Positions 28,772 to 39,055 of a stretch of 64,000 bases of DNA are shown here, one piece after another. The position numbers were made by a program, and so were the translations under genes. The notes beneath the pieces are model-generated. The model saw only the letters and a list, made by a program, of their open reading frames with translations, had not been told where the DNA came from and ran no database searches. This DNA is from Gemmatimonadaceae bacterium (GTDB lineage Bacteria; Gemmatimonadota; Gemmatimonadetes; Gemmatimonadales; Gemmatimonadaceae). Within the stretch, counting starts at the first letter, position 1. Each line of letters starts with the position of its first letter. Where the stretch lies: NCBI GenBank assembly GCA_035279625.1, contig DATEHK010000173.1, positions 41,144 to 105,143 of the forward strand. Direction: 5' to 3'.

Positions 28772-31261
28772 TTACGACGACGGACAGCTGGTTGCGAGCT
28801 GCGCTTGCGTAAGGCTGACGATCACGACGCCGAACTGTGTCGCGCCGACGAGCACCACGTTGCCAGCCGCATCCTTCGCGGCCTTGATCGGACCAACGAT
28901 CGGATCGCGAGTCGGCACGATGAGGCAGCGGTTGTAGTTGAACGTGTCATACACTTCGATCTGCGGCGACGACGATGCCGCGAAACTGAGACGCGTTCCA
29001 GGAGGCGACGTGGCCGGTCCGATACCCGCGTTGTCCGGGTGGAAGTCGAAGCCGGGGTTGCCACCAGAGGTCTGGAGCAAACCTTGGAGGCGGAGGGTGC
29101 GATCGATGATGTAGGTGGAGTCGCCACGGATGGCGGCAAGCTCACCGTCGAAATTGATTGCGACGCCGTTGACTCGAGCGAATGCGTTCGAGATGAAGTC
29201 CGACACATCCAGAGGACGCGACACGCCGTTGTCGATCTCCGGGGCGGGCGCCGTGAACGTGCCTTGAGCGTTCGTGAACTGCGTCTGGAATCCGGTGGTG
29301 ACGTCATACATGATCGCGCGGCTGCCCAGGACCGATCCGCCCTCGCCCAAGATCGCACGGCGAAAGTTGCCCGAATTGCGAACGAAGGTCGTGTCGCGGA
29401 ACGCAAGTTGGTCGATGCGAACTACGATCGAGAAGCCCGTGGTGTCGATGCCCCCGCTGCCCAACTCCTTGAACTGCACGAGCAGCGAGTCCGCCGAACC
29501 TATTCCCTGCGCGCCGAACCGTTCGACCTCGAGCGTATCGGACCGTCCGGCGGTCTGGCCCATCGCCTGCTCGAAGAAGAAGTGTGACGTGTGATTCGTG
29601 AGGTCCTCCCAGCGAACCGTGCCCTGGTTGGTGAAGGGCAGACTCTGGCCGCCGGTCGGCGTCGTGGAGTAGACGAGAATGACGTCGCCGCACGCGGCGG
29701 GACCAGCGGTCGGACCCTTGCACGTCGCCGCGATGTACTGCGGGCGATCGCTGAAGTCGTACGGCGTGCGCTGTTCGATGATCTGACCGGGTGCCGTGGT
29801 CGACTGAACCGACGTAACGGTGTACGGAATGATGTTAGGCAGAGCATACCGCGGGAACACTTCGACATCGGCGTTGGCGTGTACGTTGACGTAGCTGATC
29901 AGCGTACCGCCCGAATTCGCGACGAGGATCGTGTCGCCCATCGTGCCGTCGCGGTTGGCGGGCCACGCCGTGATACCCCACGGGCGCGAGCCGACGATGA
30001 TCGGCGACTGGAACGCCGAGTCGGTCAGGTCGAAGACTTCGAGCTCGTTCTTCTCGATGTTGCTGAGATAGAGGCGATTGGTCGGTTTGTGGTACAGCGC
30101 ATCGGCGATTACGCCACCGTTAGGCAATGTGCGCGTGAGGCCGGCGACGACATCGACGGTGTCTCCGCGCTGTGTCACGCCATCGCTGAGCAATGCGTAC
30201 GCCCGGGTGCCATTCGTGTTGCGCGCGAAACCGGACACTTGCACTTCTTTTGGGAAGGCCGTGATGTTGAGTCCGAGCTTGAACGTGTGCAACGCCGAGC
30301 TCACGCTGCCGGTGACTTGGAACGAGTCCGCAGCGAAGAACGTGTTCGGATCGCTTGGCAGGTTCCTGACTTCGTAGCCGAGCCAGCGAACGCCGGCGCG
30401 ATCGTGCGCGCTCACGTGCATCGTGTCGGTGACTTCGATGCGCGACGTGATGCCGAAGTCTACAACCGGGACACTATTGCCGGCCGCCGAGTTGGCGACG
30501 ACGACATTCACCGGGAGGCCGAGGATGCGCCGCTTGAGCGAATCCATCACGAACGGCGTGAGTGTGAGCGTCCCAGTCGTCGCGCCGACCAAGCTAACGG
30601 ACGTGTCGACGCCAACCGAGTCCTTGAGCGGCGAATTGTAGAGCACTGAATCGGTGACCGGAGTGGCGAAAACGCCGCTGGCAATGAAGCCAAGGGCCTT
30701 CACCATGTTCGGGCTCTTACCACTGAGCGAGACCGCCATCGTGAAACCAACCACGGCGGTGTCGTTTGCTTTCGGGTTAGTGATGATTGCGACCGACGGC
30801 GATTGATTGCCGGTGCCGATGAAGGCGGTGTCAGCTTTGGAAACGTTGTGTGCTCCGTCGACCGCGGATGCGATCACCGTAACTGTCGTGCCGGGAGGCA
30901 CTGTTGATGGAACCGGCACCGTATACGGCAGCGTCACCGAGGTGACGGCGGTGTTGAACGTGGTATCGAATGCACCGCTGATGCCCGGGCCGGATACGCT
31001 GACGCGCACGGCCAGGAGGCCGAGGTTGTCGGTAGCCAGGACATTGAACGCGACGACGGAGTCGGACGACGGCGCCGCCGCAGTGACCGAGACGACGGGT
31101 GGCGTTGAGTCGGCGAGGACGCCTCCACCCGCGCCGTCGCCCTGGACGCAGGCGGCTACGAGTACAGCAGCTGCAAGGCCGGCGTAGCGGCCTGCGCGGC
31201 CCGGCGTGATGGCGCGCGCGTGGTCAGTAATGCGCGCCAGGCGCGCCAGAGTCCGCGTCAT
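28772..31261 (-). CDS. Large lipoprotein with an Ig-like N-terminal region and a YVTN-type beta-propeller-like C-terminal region, co-oriented directly downstream of pilQ
   Basis: ATG 31261 lies 13 nt after the pilQ stop. Lipobox AAAVLVAAC. Repeated segments such as NRLYLSNIEKNELEVFDL...VGSRPWGITAW. The ORF-track start 31336 would overlap pilQ. Confidence 0.65.
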   Translation of the reverse strand: MTRTLARLARITDHARAITPGRAGRYAGLAAAVLVAACVQGDGAGGGVLADSTPPVVSVTAAAPSSDSVVAFNVLATDNLGLLAVRVSVSGPGISGAFDTTFNTAVTSVTLPYTVPVPSTVPPGTTVTVIASAVDGAHNVSKADTAFIGTGNQSPSVAIITNPKANDTAVVGFTMAVSLSGKSPNMVKALGFIASGVFATPVTDSVLYNSPLKDSVGVDTSVSLVGATTGTLTLTPFVMDSLKRRILGLPVNVVVANSAAGNSVPVVDFGITSRIEVTDTMHVSAHDRAGVRWLGYEVRNLPSDPNTFFAADSFQVTGSVSSALHTFKLGLNITAFPKEVQVSGFARNTNGTRAYALLSDGVTQRGDTVDVVAGLTRTLPNGGVIADALYHKPTNRLYLSNIEKNELEVFDLTDSAFQSPIIVGSRPWGITAWPANRDGTMGDTILVANSGGTLISYVNVHANADVEVFPRYALPNIIPYTVTSVQSTTAPGQIIEQRTPYDFSDRPQYIAATCKGPTAGPAACGDVILVYSTTPTGGQSLPFTNQGTVRWEDLTNHTSHFFFEQAMGQTAGRSDTLEVERFGAQGIGSADSLLVQFKELGSGGIDTTGFSIVVRIDQLAFRDTTFVRNSGNFRRAILGEGGSVLGSRAIMYDVTTGFQTQFTNAQGTFTAPAPEIDNGVSRPLDVSDFISNAFARVNGVAINFDGELAAIRGDSTYIIDRTLRLQGLLQTSGGNPGFDFHPDNAGIGPATSPPGTRLSFAASSSPQIEVYDTFNYNRCLIVPTRDPIVGPIKAAKDAAGNVVLVGATQFGVVIVSLTQAQLATSCPSS

Positions 31262-31274
31262 AGGTCGCTCTCGG

Positions 31275-33215
31275 TCAGCGGTCGCCGCCGGGCGCGCCGA
31301 TGGCGTCACCGTCGTCGACAATGTGTGGTGTGACAAGGATCAGAAGATCGGTCTTGTCTTCCTGGGTGCGCGTCTCGCCGAACAGCTTGCCGATGAACGG
31401 GAGATCGACCAGGAGCGGAATACCGGACTTGGACTGCTGGACCTGCGTAGTGGTTAGGCCGCCAATGACCGCGGTCTCGCCGTCGCCCACGAGCAGCTCG
31501 TTGTCGGCGCTCTGCTCGAGGAAGGTGTAGCCGAGGTCCGACGCGGCAGGCTGGAGCTGCGAGCGCTCCGCGTGCAGCGTCATGAGGATCTTGCGGTTGT
31601 TGGTAATGTGCGGCGTCACCTTGAGGATGATACCGGTCTTCTTGAACTGCACCGTGGCGCGCGGAGCGGTGGCGCCGGTTCCACCCTGGCTCAGCGACCC
31701 GAGGTCGACGATACGAATCGGGGTCTCTTCACCGGAGAGAATCTGTGCCTCGCGGTTGTCCAGCGTGACAATGCTTGGCTCCGCCTCGACGTCGGACAGC
31801 CGGACTTCTTGTAGTCCGTCGAGGAACGCCGTCAGGTTGAACTTGCCTAACGCAGTAGAGAAGATCAGGGACAACGCCGGGTCGACCACTCGCTGCGTGG
31901 CATTCGAGATGGCCGCGAGCGAATTGCCGCCGATGTTGATGACTTGTGTATTTGAGGGGAACGGTGTTCCAACGACTGCGTCCGGCACTCCATCACCGTT
32001 CGTATCGACGGGCTTGAACGTGCTCGGATCCGTGCGCTGGACTAACTTGTTGAAGAACGTGCCGTTGTCGCCCAGGTCATAGCTCACGCCGATGTCCTGG
32101 ATGTTCGTGCGATCGACGAGAATGATCTTGGTCTTGATCGAGACCTGCGGCGTGCGAACGTCGAGGTCCTTGACGTAGTTGGCGATCTCCTCGAGACGCG
32201 ACGGCACGTCGGTGACGAGCAACCGGTTGGTACCGGAGTCGGCGCTGACATCACCCCGCGACTTGCATTCGGCGCTATTGCCCGATGAACCGGACGCACC
32301 GGCCGGGCAATCCTTGGAGAGGAGGCTCTTGACCGTCGAGACTAACGAACTAGCGCGGGCGTAGTTGACCGAGATGATACGCGTCTGCACGGGCTCGGTG
32401 GCCTGCTGCTTGGCGATGTTCTCGTAGCTATCGACCGAAATGATGCCGTCTTGGTCTTCCTTGGCGGCGTAGCCTTGGGACGACAGAATCGCGCGCAGCG
32501 CGACGTCCCACGGCTGATCGCGGACTTCAGCCGACACCGTGCCGGTTACACCCTTGCCGGCGACGATCGTGCGGCCGGAGAATACGGCGAATCCGGCGAT
32601 GACCTCGCGGATGTCGGTGTCCGTGTACGTCACGGTGATCTTGGGCTGCGACGAGGCTGTCATCGCGTGATCGTGCGACGTGAGGTGCACCGTGGAGTGC
32701 GTCGCGCCGGCAGATGATTGGTCGGATGCGGGCACGTCTTCGGCCGCATCGAACGAGTCGGCGTTTTCCGACGACGCATGCCACGCGGTGAAGGACGTCT
32801 TTTTCGTGCCGTCGGGGTCGAGGACGACGTGCACTTCGTTGAGCGTGCGATTCACCGTGTAGCTGTGTTGCCCGTCGAGGTCGATGACCAGGCGGACGAT
32901 GTTATCGCGATACTGAGCGACACGCACGTTGGTGATACCACCTCGCGCGATGCGGTCATAGAGACGACCGGCCGAGGTGAGCTTGGCGCCACGCAAGTCG
33001 AGGACGATGCGGGGCGGACTCGCCAGGGAGAAGTCATCGACGTCAACCGAGCCGTCGACGGCGACGACGACTTCGGCGCGCCCAGCAGAGGGCACGACGC
33101 TGAGGGACTTCACCTCACCGCCGCCTAACTCGCCGGACGTCGCGGCGCGGGCGACGGGCGCCTGCGCTGCGAGCGCGGCGAGCGTCAATCCGATCAGCGC
33201 ACAGACCCGCCTCAT
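31275..33215 (-). CDS. pilQ: Type IV pilus secretin PilQ
   Basis: N-terminal AMIN-like domain (VKSLSVVPSAGRAEVVVAVDG...RIVLDLRGAKL). C-terminal secretin domain (GIPLLVDLPFIGKLFG). Confidence 0.9.
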   Translation of the reverse strand: MRRVCALIGLTLAALAAQAPVARAATSGELGGGEVKSLSVVPSAGRAEVVVAVDGSVDVDDFSLASPPRIVLDLRGAKLTSAGRLYDRIARGGITNVRVAQYRDNIVRLVIDLDGQHSYTVNRTLNEVHVVLDPDGTKKTSFTAWHASSENADSFDAAEDVPASDQSSAGATHSTVHLTSHDHAMTASSQPKITVTYTDTDIREVIAGFAVFSGRTIVAGKGVTGTVSAEVRDQPWDVALRAILSSQGYAAKEDQDGIISVDSYENIAKQQATEPVQTRIISVNYARASSLVSTVKSLLSKDCPAGASGSSGNSAECKSRGDVSADSGTNRLLVTDVPSRLEEIANYVKDLDVRTPQVSIKTKIILVDRTNIQDIGVSYDLGDNGTFFNKLVQRTDPSTFKPVDTNGDGVPDAVVGTPFPSNTQVINIGGNSLAAISNATQRVVDPALSLIFSTALGKFNLTAFLDGLQEVRLSDVEAEPSIVTLDNREAQILSGEETPIRIVDLGSLSQGGTGATAPRATVQFKKTGIILKVTPHITNNRKILMTLHAERSQLQPAASDLGYTFLEQSADNELLVGDGETAVIGGLTTTQVQQSKSGIPLLVDLPFIGKLFGETRTQEDKTDLLILVTPHIVDDGDAIGAPGGDR

Positions 33216-34009
33216 TGCGACCTCGCTCTCGTGGAATCGTTGAGCGCCAGCGTTTCTTGCCGGCTATATCCGTATTCTTCCAGGGTGAACGTGACGGACT
33301 TGAGGTCGATGCGGGAAACCCGCATGCGGCCCAGCGTCTGTCCCGTTTTGACGCGGTACTGGTCCTTCGTCGACACGTCGCGCAGGATGGCGACGGATCG
33401 ACCAGCTGGATCGTAGATCACGAGGTCCAGCTTGAGGTCGGAGATCATCGGCCGCAGCTCACCAGAAGTAATGAGTGAGACAAACGGATCGCGTCTCCCA
33501 TCGGGGTTGTATGTGAACGTCTCGCGCGTGAGGGCGATCTCGTTCTTCCCTCCCCGTTCGGAAATCGAGGTCGTGCCTTCGCCCTGCGCGCCCTGCGGCC
33601 CGGTGATGCTCACGGTATCGCGGCCCTTCGCGTTAGGCGCATGCGCCGCGTGCCCGATCGCCGCGCCCTTCACCGGTGCGTGGACAATCGCGGCTGATGT
33701 CGCGGCACCCGCGGCCGGCTTGGACGCCGGCGTGGCGGCAGGCGTGGATGGCGGCGTCGCCTCGGGCGCCGCTTGGTGCGTGGTTCGCGGCAGCTCGGCG
33801 ACGTGCGTGGGCGTCGTTGGGCGAGCCGGCTTTGCCGTCGGACCGTCCGTGTTCTGCATCGCCTCGATGTGCGCGTTAGTCGCGGCTGCAACGCGGCGCG
33901 CCGCGTTCTTCGCGGCCGTGCCGGGAATCTGCTGTGCCGCGAGCGCCGGAGCGCAGAGCGCACAGTACGCAGCGACGAGCGACGCTAGTCCGAGTGAACG
34001 AATGGTCAT
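33212..34009 (-). CDS. pilP: PilP-like pilus assembly lipoprotein
   Basis: Signal-like N-terminus, Pro/Ala-rich linker, C-terminal domain with RRDPFVSL. 4-nt overlaps with both pilO and pilQ. Confidence 0.7.
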   Translation of the reverse strand: MTIRSLGLASLVAAYCALCAPALAAQQIPGTAAKNAARRVAAATNAHIEAMQNTDGPTAKPARPTTPTHVAELPRTTHQAAPEATPPSTPAATPASKPAAGAATSAAIVHAPVKGAAIGHAAHAPNAKGRDTVSITGPQGAQGEGTTSISERGGKNEIALTRETFTYNPDGRRDPFVSLITSGELRPMISDLKLDLVIYDPAGRSVAILRDVSTKDQYRVKTGQTLGRMRVSRIDLKSVTFTLEEYGYSRQETLALNDSTRARSQ

Positions 34010-34641
34010 GACTTCGCTCCCTTCTGCGTGGGAGGCTGATTCTCCGCGTCTTCAGCGGGGTTGTGCGTCACGAATGTCTGCAGTTGGAACCGCGCTTCGA
34101 TCTGCGCGTCGCCGGCCTGCGGGTGCGCCTGCTTGTTCGCGTTGGCATTCGCCAACGACAGCTGGACGTTCACCGGGAGCACAATGCGCGTGAGCGAACC
34201 GACGTTGGCGAAGAACTCGGCGAGTTCGTGATAGCCGCCCGTGATCGCCATGCCGTAGCGGTACGTGTCGTAGTTGCTGCCTTGCTGCACGGGTGCGGGA
34301 TCGACCGACGACAGGTCGAGACCGGCGCGGCGCGCCGCGGTCGACACCTGCTCGAGAAGCGCGGGCACCTCGTTGCCGGCCGGCACGAGGGTGCGAATAA
34401 GCGAGAGATTCTGCTGATACTGCGCGAGCTGCGTGCGCAACTCACCGAGGTTCCCTTTGCTCATTTCCGACTTCGCGCGCTGATTCATCGTTACGAGCGC
34501 TTCGATGCGATCCTGCTGCTTGTCCAACGATGTCGAGCGCGGCGTGTATACCATGTACCAGTAGAGCCCGATCGCGGCGATGGCGAGCACGCACACGAGT
34601 ATGAGCGATTGCTCGCGCTGTCCTTTAGGCAGACCAGGCAT
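34006..34641 (-). CDS. pilO: PilO pilus assembly protein
   Basis: Single TM (LILVCVLAIAAIGLYWYMVY), coiled-coil, then a ferredoxin-like C-terminus. Position in the pilMNOPQ order. Confidence 0.75.
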   Translation of the reverse strand: MPGLPKGQREQSLILVCVLAIAAIGLYWYMVYTPRSTSLDKQQDRIEALVTMNQRAKSEMSKGNLGELRTQLAQYQQNLSLIRTLVPAGNEVPALLEQVSTAARRAGLDLSSVDPAPVQQGSNYDTYRYGMAITGGYHELAEFFANVGSLTRIVLPVNVQLSLANANANKQAHPQAGDAQIEARFQLQTFVTHNPAEDAENQPPTQKGAKS

Positions 34642-34643
34642 CG

Positions 34644-35381
34644 CTACCTCACCGAGAGCGAAACGGGGACGGTCTTGATTATCGACGGATCGGGCGCCTG
34701 ATACGCGGCATCGAGTTGGAACTCCGTGACCTCTTTGCCGTCGGCGACCACGATCGATGACCGGACGAGCGTCACGTTCTCAATGAACGGCGACGCTTCG
34801 AGCAGCTTCATGAACCGCGTGAGCGCCTGAATGTCGACCGTTTGTCCAACGATGTGCAATTTGACGACGGGAATGCTCGCGGTATCGACGGGCGGCGGAC
34901 CATTGGGGGCCTTCTTCTTCGATGCGTTAGGCGGCGGCTGATCCTGCTGGGCCGCCGTGGAGCTGTTGGTCTGCGTGACGGATGTGAGCCACGTGTACGG
35001 CGGCAGGGCCCGGCTGATCTCATCCATGAGATGCGGCCACACGTAGCGCTTGTTGTCGAACGACTTGATCAGATCGACCTGTTGAACGACCGAGTCGCGT
35101 TGGGCTTCGGCTTTCCGCTTCTGCACGATGATGGCGGTAAAGCGGATGGAGTCCTGTTGGGCGGCCTGGAGCTGAGCGTCGAGGTTCGTTGCCCGGGCAT
35201 TCTGGTGCCAGTACATGAGGCCGACGATCAGCACGGCGATGATGGCTGATGCCGCCGCTGCGAGGAGATAGGGATCCTTGACCCGCGCCACTGCTCCGGC
35301 GGCAACGCCGGCGAAGTTTACGCCCGCGCCGCGGTTGCGCGACTTTTTCGCGCTACCCGGATTCAGATTGATTTCGATCAT
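34644..35381 (-). CDS. pilN: PilN pilus assembly protein
   Basis: MIEINLNP N-terminus typical of PilN, single TM, coiled-coil. Position after pilM. Confidence 0.75.
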   Translation of the reverse strand: MIEINLNPGSAKKSRNRGAGVNFAGVAAGAVARVKDPYLLAAAASAIIAVLIVGLMYWHQNARATNLDAQLQAAQQDSIRFTAIIVQKRKAEAQRDSVVQQVDLIKSFDNKRYVWPHLMDEISRALPPYTWLTSVTQTNSSTAAQQDQPPPNASKKKAPNGPPPVDTASIPVVKLHIVGQTVDIQALTRFMKLLEASPFIENVTLVRSSIVVADGKEVTEFQLDAAYQAPDPSIIKTVPVSLSVR

Positions 35382-35402
35382 TACGCGGCCTTCGCGAGAG
35401 GG

Positions 35403-36446
35403 TCAGGCGACCTGGCGAAGCGCCAGCCCGATGGGAAGCATGAGGAGCGGAGCAACATCGTCGATGACGAGCGAATCGAAAGCACCGTCACGTACTCGCA
35501 AGCGCTGCAGCGGGTTGGCTTGCTCGACCGGAATGCGCAAGCGAGTGGCGAGCGCTTCCGTTAGGCCTGGAACGCGCGAGCCGCCGCCACTCGTATAGGC
35601 GGCGCGCAGTTTGTTGGTCACGCGCGACGAGCTGGCGAGGAATGCGGCGGCGCGCTCGATGCCGGTGGCGATCTCTTCACCGCGCGTATCGGTGACTGTC
35701 TGGAGGTGCGGCGACCGATCGTAACCTTGCAGGAGGCCGTCGGCTTCCTCGGCGCTCAAGCCGCGCTCACGCTGCAAGTCTTCGCGGAACCGGCGCGTGC
35801 CGACCGCGATGTCGCGCGTGAGGAGCGGGACACCGTCTTCCATGATGTTGATGTTCGTGACCTCGTGTCCGATGTTCACGAGGCAGACGACGCCGTTCAT
35901 CGCTTCGGGATAGTTGACCTCGAAGGCGTTGTGGAGGGCGAATGCGTCGACATCCACGGCGCTCGGCGTCACTTCAGCGTCGGTTAGGAGACGCAGCTTG
36001 TTCTCGATGAGGTCGCGCTTGGCGGCGACGAGCAGCACGTTCATCTCGAGGCCGTCGGCATCCGGGTCGAGGATTTGAAAATCCAGCTCGACCGACTCCA
36101 TGTCGAACGGCACGTGCTGCTCGGCTTCCCAGCGAATGAGCTCGCGCGCCTGTTGTTCTTTCACCCGATCGATTTGGATCTTCTTGATGATCACATCGCG
36201 GCCACCGACGGCAGTGATCACGGGTCGTCCTTTGATGCCCGCGGCGGCGAGCGCATTGCGCGCTGCTTCGGCGACAATGCCGGGGTCCATGACTTCACCC
36301 TCGACGATGGCATCCGCGAGCAGCGGTGCGATTGCGACCTTCGTCAACTCAGGCTCGCCCTTCGCGTGATCGATGACGGCGACTTTGACGAGACCCGAGC
36401 CGATGTCGAGCCCGATCGAAGTCTTTTTGCGACCGAAGAGACCCAT
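35403..36446 (-). CDS. pilM: PilM actin-like pilus assembly ATPase
   Basis: IGLDIGSGLVKVAVI, VDVDAFAL, NIGHEVTNINI, SGGGSRVPGL. Start placed at ATG 36446 (MGLFGRKK). Confidence 0.9.
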   Translation of the reverse strand: MGLFGRKKTSIGLDIGSGLVKVAVIDHAKGEPELTKVAIAPLLADAIVEGEVMDPGIVAEAARNALAAAGIKGRPVITAVGGRDVIIKKIQIDRVKEQQARELIRWEAEQHVPFDMESVELDFQILDPDADGLEMNVLLVAAKRDLIENKLRLLTDAEVTPSAVDVDAFALHNAFEVNYPEAMNGVVCLVNIGHEVTNINIMEDGVPLLTRDIAVGTRRFREDLQRERGLSAEEADGLLQGYDRSPHLQTVTDTRGEEIATGIERAAAFLASSSRVTNKLRAAYTSGGGSRVPGLTEALATRLRIPVEQANPLQRLRVRDGAFDSLVIDDVAPLLMLPIGLALRQVA

Positions 36447-36639
36447 GGGGAAACCGTGCGGTAGTCGGGTGAGCGAAGCGTGAGTGCTGCGAGAAGCGCG
36501 ACCAGCATCGCGATACACGTGGTGCGTGCGCCGCAGTGCGTACGACTACCAGTCACACGACCCGATTGGGCGGAGGTAACTTCTGATCGGGTGCTGGAAC
36601 GTCGCGTGACCAATGTGCTTGGACGACCAACAAAGAGCT

Positions 36640-37773
36640 TCAAAACATCTCGGTCCACGACTGGCCAGGCTGTGGCACCGGTCGCGCACCCGTGACGAGT
36701 GCGCGATCGACAGCGCACGACGAGTATTGGACGATCGAGCCACCTTCGAGCGAGACGTTGTCGGCGAGCACGATGCCCATCAACCGTGCTCCGCTCTCGA
36801 GACGAACCGAACCCCGCGCGATGACAACACCCTCGAATCGCGCACCCGTTTTCAGAGTCAAATCGCCGTCGACGAGCAGCATTCCCTGACCGGCTCCGCC
36901 GACCAAACGGAGGTCGCCATCGACGTAGCCCAACGTGAAGAAAGACTTGCACGGCGAGTCCGCGCCGAGGACGCGCAGTGGATCACCGAAGTTTCCCGGA
37001 TCGAGCGCGTCGCACTCGCCGCGAACGTCGACTCGCGGCGCCGGAGACAACACGCTGCCCTGCGCGATCGGCGTCGCGAGTTTGGAAAGAAATGAGCGGT
37101 CCACTTGACCGAACTCTTCGTACGTCTCGACCGATCTGGCCTGCGGAGAGACTTGAACGGATGGTCGCCCGACCGCGCAGAGGGCGGAGGTGCACGCAGC
37201 GGTATCGATCGCTCCGCTATCCGGAACTCCTAACGCGGCGATAGTGGACTCGGGCGGCGGACAGTCCGCGCCTGGGGAATCGTGGCCCGACACGAGCGAC
37301 GAATCCGCGATCGCGATTCCGTGCTTCACCATCGCTGCGGACACGCGTGGTATGACCGGGAGGCGCAGCGCGACGAGAAGTCCGATGCGACGCTGCGCGC
37401 GACGAGGGGGTTGGCCCGCAGTGCCCAACGAGGTGACGAGCGCGGTACCAGTGGTGAGCTTCCACACGCTCAGGTCGACGACGAGATCTTCAGTCGCGTC
37501 GAGCGTTTCACGGGTGTCAGCCGTGTGCTGCACCGGCGGCAACCCGCTCCACGACCTTTGCCAACGCGTCGGCGACAACAGTGAGTAGGCGCCATACTCT
37601 GCGGCGGCGAGTGCGCGCGTTCGTTGCATGGCGTTCGCGCCGAGCTGCGCTTCACGCCACGAGGCGAAAAACCCTCCCGCGACCAGAGCGCCTAGAATGG
37701 CAAGCGCCACGATGACGATGAGCAGCGTGCTTCCAACTCGCACGGGACACCTGGAAGACGGCGTTGACCTCAT
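36640..37773 (-). CDS. PilX-like pseudopilin, last gene of minor-pilin operon 2
   Basis: Start at ATG 37773, directly after the upstream stop. N-terminal helix GSTLLIVIVALAILGALVAGGFF followed by AMQRTRALAAAEYG, as in PilX N-termini. Confidence 0.55.
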   Translation of the reverse strand: MRSTPSSRCPVRVGSTLLIVIVALAILGALVAGGFFASWREAQLGANAMQRTRALAAAEYGAYSLLSPTRWQRSWSGLPPVQHTADTRETLDATEDLVVDLSVWKLTTGTALVTSLGTAGQPPRRAQRRIGLLVALRLPVIPRVSAAMVKHGIAIADSSLVSGHDSPGADCPPPESTIAALGVPDSGAIDTAACTSALCAVGRPSVQVSPQARSVETYEEFGQVDRSFLSKLATPIAQGSVLSPAPRVDVRGECDALDPGNFGDPLRVLGADSPCKSFFTLGYVDGDLRLVGGAGQGMLLVDGDLTLKTGARFEGVVIARGSVRLESGARLMGIVLADNVSLEGGSIVQYSSCAVDRALVTGARPVPQPGQSWTEMF

Positions 37774-37775
37774 GG

Positions 37776-38657
37776 TTAGTCGCGCGGTGTGATAGTGAGG
37801 AGCACCGAGTCGCCGAATACAGCCGGCAGTCCCGGAATACGCGGCCCAAGGGCGGCGGTCGAGCGGACGACGATATCGATCCGAGTAACGCGAGACGACA
37901 GGGCCGTCGGTGCGGCCGCACTGTCGAGGAACCGGAACTGAATGCCGCGGGCCGGATAGGGACCGGCGACGGGCTGAATGATCGCGCATGGTGTAGCGCG
38001 CGTCGCCAGGCAATCCTGAAAGCCGAGGTACCATGCGCCGTCACTCGCCCGATACAGCTCGTAACGGGCCCTACGAAAGAGCCGCATTGCGGCGCCGACG
38101 CCAGCGCCGGTGGCCAACGGCGCCGTTAGGCGTAAGACCAGCGACGTAGCGGGGTCACCCGCATCGGCGAATTCTGGAGGACACGCGCGCCCGCGTGACG
38201 GGGCGCTGTTGAGTTGCGCGGTGGACCACGTCGCCGAGTCGGGGTTTGCAGCCGGCAACAGCACCATGGCGGTGTCTCCCGCCTCGGGCGCGACGATCCA
38301 CGAGGTGAGCGAAGGACCCGATGAGCTGCGCGCCGGAATGGAAACGACCGTGCGCGAGGAGTCTATGGCGCAGACCACTGCAAAACCGGCGGACAGGCGA
38401 AACTCGACGAACGCTTCACCAATCGCGTAGATATCCTGGCGTCGCGGTGCGAGTGCGCGCAGATCATAGCGGAGCGCATCCGACGCTTCGCGCGTTGCGC
38501 GCCGCGTGATCAGAATGCGGTCGAGAGCACGACCGAGGCGTTCGTGATGGACCGTCAGCGCAAGGGTCGCGGCACCGACGATAGATGAGACCACCACCCC
38601 GATGAGCATCTCGACGAGCGTGAAACCGGCGCGCCGAACGACTTTCTTGGTTAGCAT
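37776..38657 (-). CDS. PilW-like minor pilin
   Basis: RAG|FTLVEMLIGVVVSSIVGAATLAL prepilin motif. Confidence 0.65.
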   Translation of the reverse strand: MLTKKVVRRAGFTLVEMLIGVVVSSIVGAATLALTVHHERLGRALDRILITRRATREASDALRYDLRALAPRRQDIYAIGEAFVEFRLSAGFAVVCAIDSSRTVVSIPARSSSGPSLTSWIVAPEAGDTAMVLLPAANPDSATWSTAQLNSAPSRGRACPPEFADAGDPATSLVLRLTAPLATGAGVGAAMRLFRRARYELYRASDGAWYLGFQDCLATRATPCAIIQPVAGPYPARGIQFRFLDSAAAPTALSSRVTRIDIVVRSTAALGPRIPGLPAVFGDSVLLTITPRD

Positions 38658-39007
38658 GGCGACGCGGACCACAGCGATTCAGTGTGCGGCGCGCGACCCG
38701 GAGACTCGACGAGCAATACGCTATCGATGAGCGTAAGCACGCCATCGGACGCCGATGCGCGCCATGCGATCGCGATGCCGGGGAGCGAGTCAGTGCCGGC
38801 GGCCGATGCACAGTGGGAGCGCAGTTGCTCGAGGCGTGTGGCCGCCAGTGCGGCCGCACCGTTGCGGCGTGCAGCACTCAGCTCGAGGCGCAAGTTGGCG
38901 ACGCCGGTAGCGGCAAGGGCCAAAGCGCCGACCGTGAGAAGCACGACCGCAAGCAGCGCCTCGACAAGGGCAAAACCACGCGGATGGCATTGGGCGCGAT
39001 TGAACAC
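38651..39007 (-). CDS. PilV-like minor pilin
   Basis: PRG|FALVEALLAVVLLTVGALALA prepilin motif. GTG start is preceded by GAGGTGA. Confidence 0.65.
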   Translation of the reverse strand: MFNRAQCHPRGFALVEALLAVVLLTVGALALAATGVANLRLELSAARRNGAAALAATRLEQLRSHCASAAGTDSLPGIAIAWRASASDGVLTLIDSVLLVESPGRAPHTESLWSASPC

Positions 39008-39039
39008 GCATCACCTCGATGAATCGACGCGCGCACGTA

Positions 39040-39055
39040 AGCATGCGGCGGTCCA
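39040..39055 (-). promoter_or_regulatory. Candidate sigma-54 (-24/-12) promoter for minor-pilin operon 2
   Basis: The minus strand reads TGGACCGCCGCATGCT, which has the exact GG-N10-GC spacing of TGGCAC-N5-TTGCW. It lies ~33 nt upstream of GTG 39007, with an SD in between, and immediately downstream of a sigma-54 activator gene. Confidence 0.4.

Noticed and set aside
36447-36639. Sigma-54 promoter upstream of pilM
   Set aside because: I checked every GG in the minus-strand spacer for a GC at N10 spacing and none fits. pilM is probably read from another promoter type or from upstream.
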